In this document: one piece after another, positions 63,281-64,000 of the stretch
Layout: each line of letters begins with the position of its first letter
Numbering within the stretch: the stretch's first letter is position 1
DNA from: Octopus vulgaris
Taxonomy: Eukaryota
Reading direction: 5' to 3'
DNA: 64,000 nt
Assembly (NCBI GenBank): GCA_951406725.2
Contig: OX597817.1
Span: forward strand, 13,516,001-13,580,000
Notes under the pieces: model-generated
Database searches by the model: none
The model's input: only the letters and a program-made list of their open reading frames with translations
Told to the model about the DNA's origin: nothing
Made by a program: the position numbers and the translations under genes

Positions 63281-63459
63281 AGAGAAGAGGAATGTCTCCA
63301 AATATTTATGAAGCCCGAGAGAGTTGGCACTTAGTCCTGATTTTATGCTGTCTAATGGATGTGAGATATGTGTACTCTTGGACTTCATGTGTGTTTCTCA
63401 TAGATAACATCCCCAGATGATTTCGTGTCTCTTCCCAATGTTTATATGAACTGAGGCAA

Positions 63460-63890
63460 TGTCAGATAACATGCTGGTCTTAAAAATCACTGCCTTGTTC
63501 GTTTGTACTACTTCATCGTGTTTTGTCTCTTCATTGTGAGGAGATAATGGTTCCTACCTTTTCTTCTTTACTTGCTGAGTCTGGAGCAGTGAATAATGTC
63601 CCTGGCCTTTTTAGACCCTCTGAGACCAGTGAGGTTGATGCCATTGATGTTCCATCGAAACTGTTGCAGATGAACAGCTGCAGGGAATTCATGAGGAGGG
63701 AGGAGATTTCAGGAAACTAATATTCTGGCGAGGAAGGACTGACCATAACATTTAGTGTGAGGGTTAGATGTATCAATAGTGACATGAGGTGGAGGTACAA
63801 TTAGAGCCAGCTCCAAAGAAAAGAAGCTATAATAGAAGTGATAGAGGCGATAGCATACCTATGGGCCAGAGGCTGGAGTATATCTGTTAG
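63460..63890 (-). mobile_element. Decayed LINE (Jockey/I/L2-like) 3' coding remnant
   Basis: Reverse-strand LAHRYAIAS resembles the LxHRRxVASL C-terminal motif; frameshifted. Confidence 0.4.
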
Positions 63891-63894
63891 TTAG

Positions 63895-64000
63895 AAGGCG
63901 GTGAGCTGGCAGAAACGTTAGCACGCCGGGCGAAATGCGTAGCCGTACTTCGTCCGCCGTTACGTTCTGAGTTCAAATTCCGCCGAGGTCGACTTTGCCT
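63895..64000 (+). mobile_element. SINE family B (cut by the window end)
   Basis: Family B head. Confidence 0.85.

Overview
AT-rich, repeat-dense animal genomic DNA. The tRNA-SINE and RTE-LINE families suggest an octopus or other cephalopod, but this is inference from repeat recognition, not a search. Two spliced genes lie head-to-head with 377 bp between their start codons. One is a complete 3-exon UPF0598/C8orf82 homolog on the minus strand (CDS 10771-4919, 207 aa). The other is the first six coding exons of katanin p80 (KATNB1) on the plus strand (11149-59031), with a ~41-kb first intron; the gene continues beyond the window. The introns hold two very abundant tRNA-SINE families, a young 5'-truncated RTE LINE and many 3'-end fragments of it, CR1 and other LINE remnants, a mariner relic, TTAA (piggyBac-type) MITEs, a non-autonomous Helitron, a foldback element and Penelope-like fragments. 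Most notable: (1) minimal type-I hammerhead ribozyme motifs in (TA)n-embedded Penelope-like elements; (2) a C4HC3 PHD-type finger inside the RTE reverse transcriptase; (3) recurrent near-perfect foldback palindromes at truncated RTE 3' fragments; (4) short inverted duplications kilobases apart, one pair bracketing an in-frame, one-WD40-repeat exon pair. Nearly all ORFs in the supplied track are spurious readings of repeats. Repeat boundaries were read by eye and are approximate.
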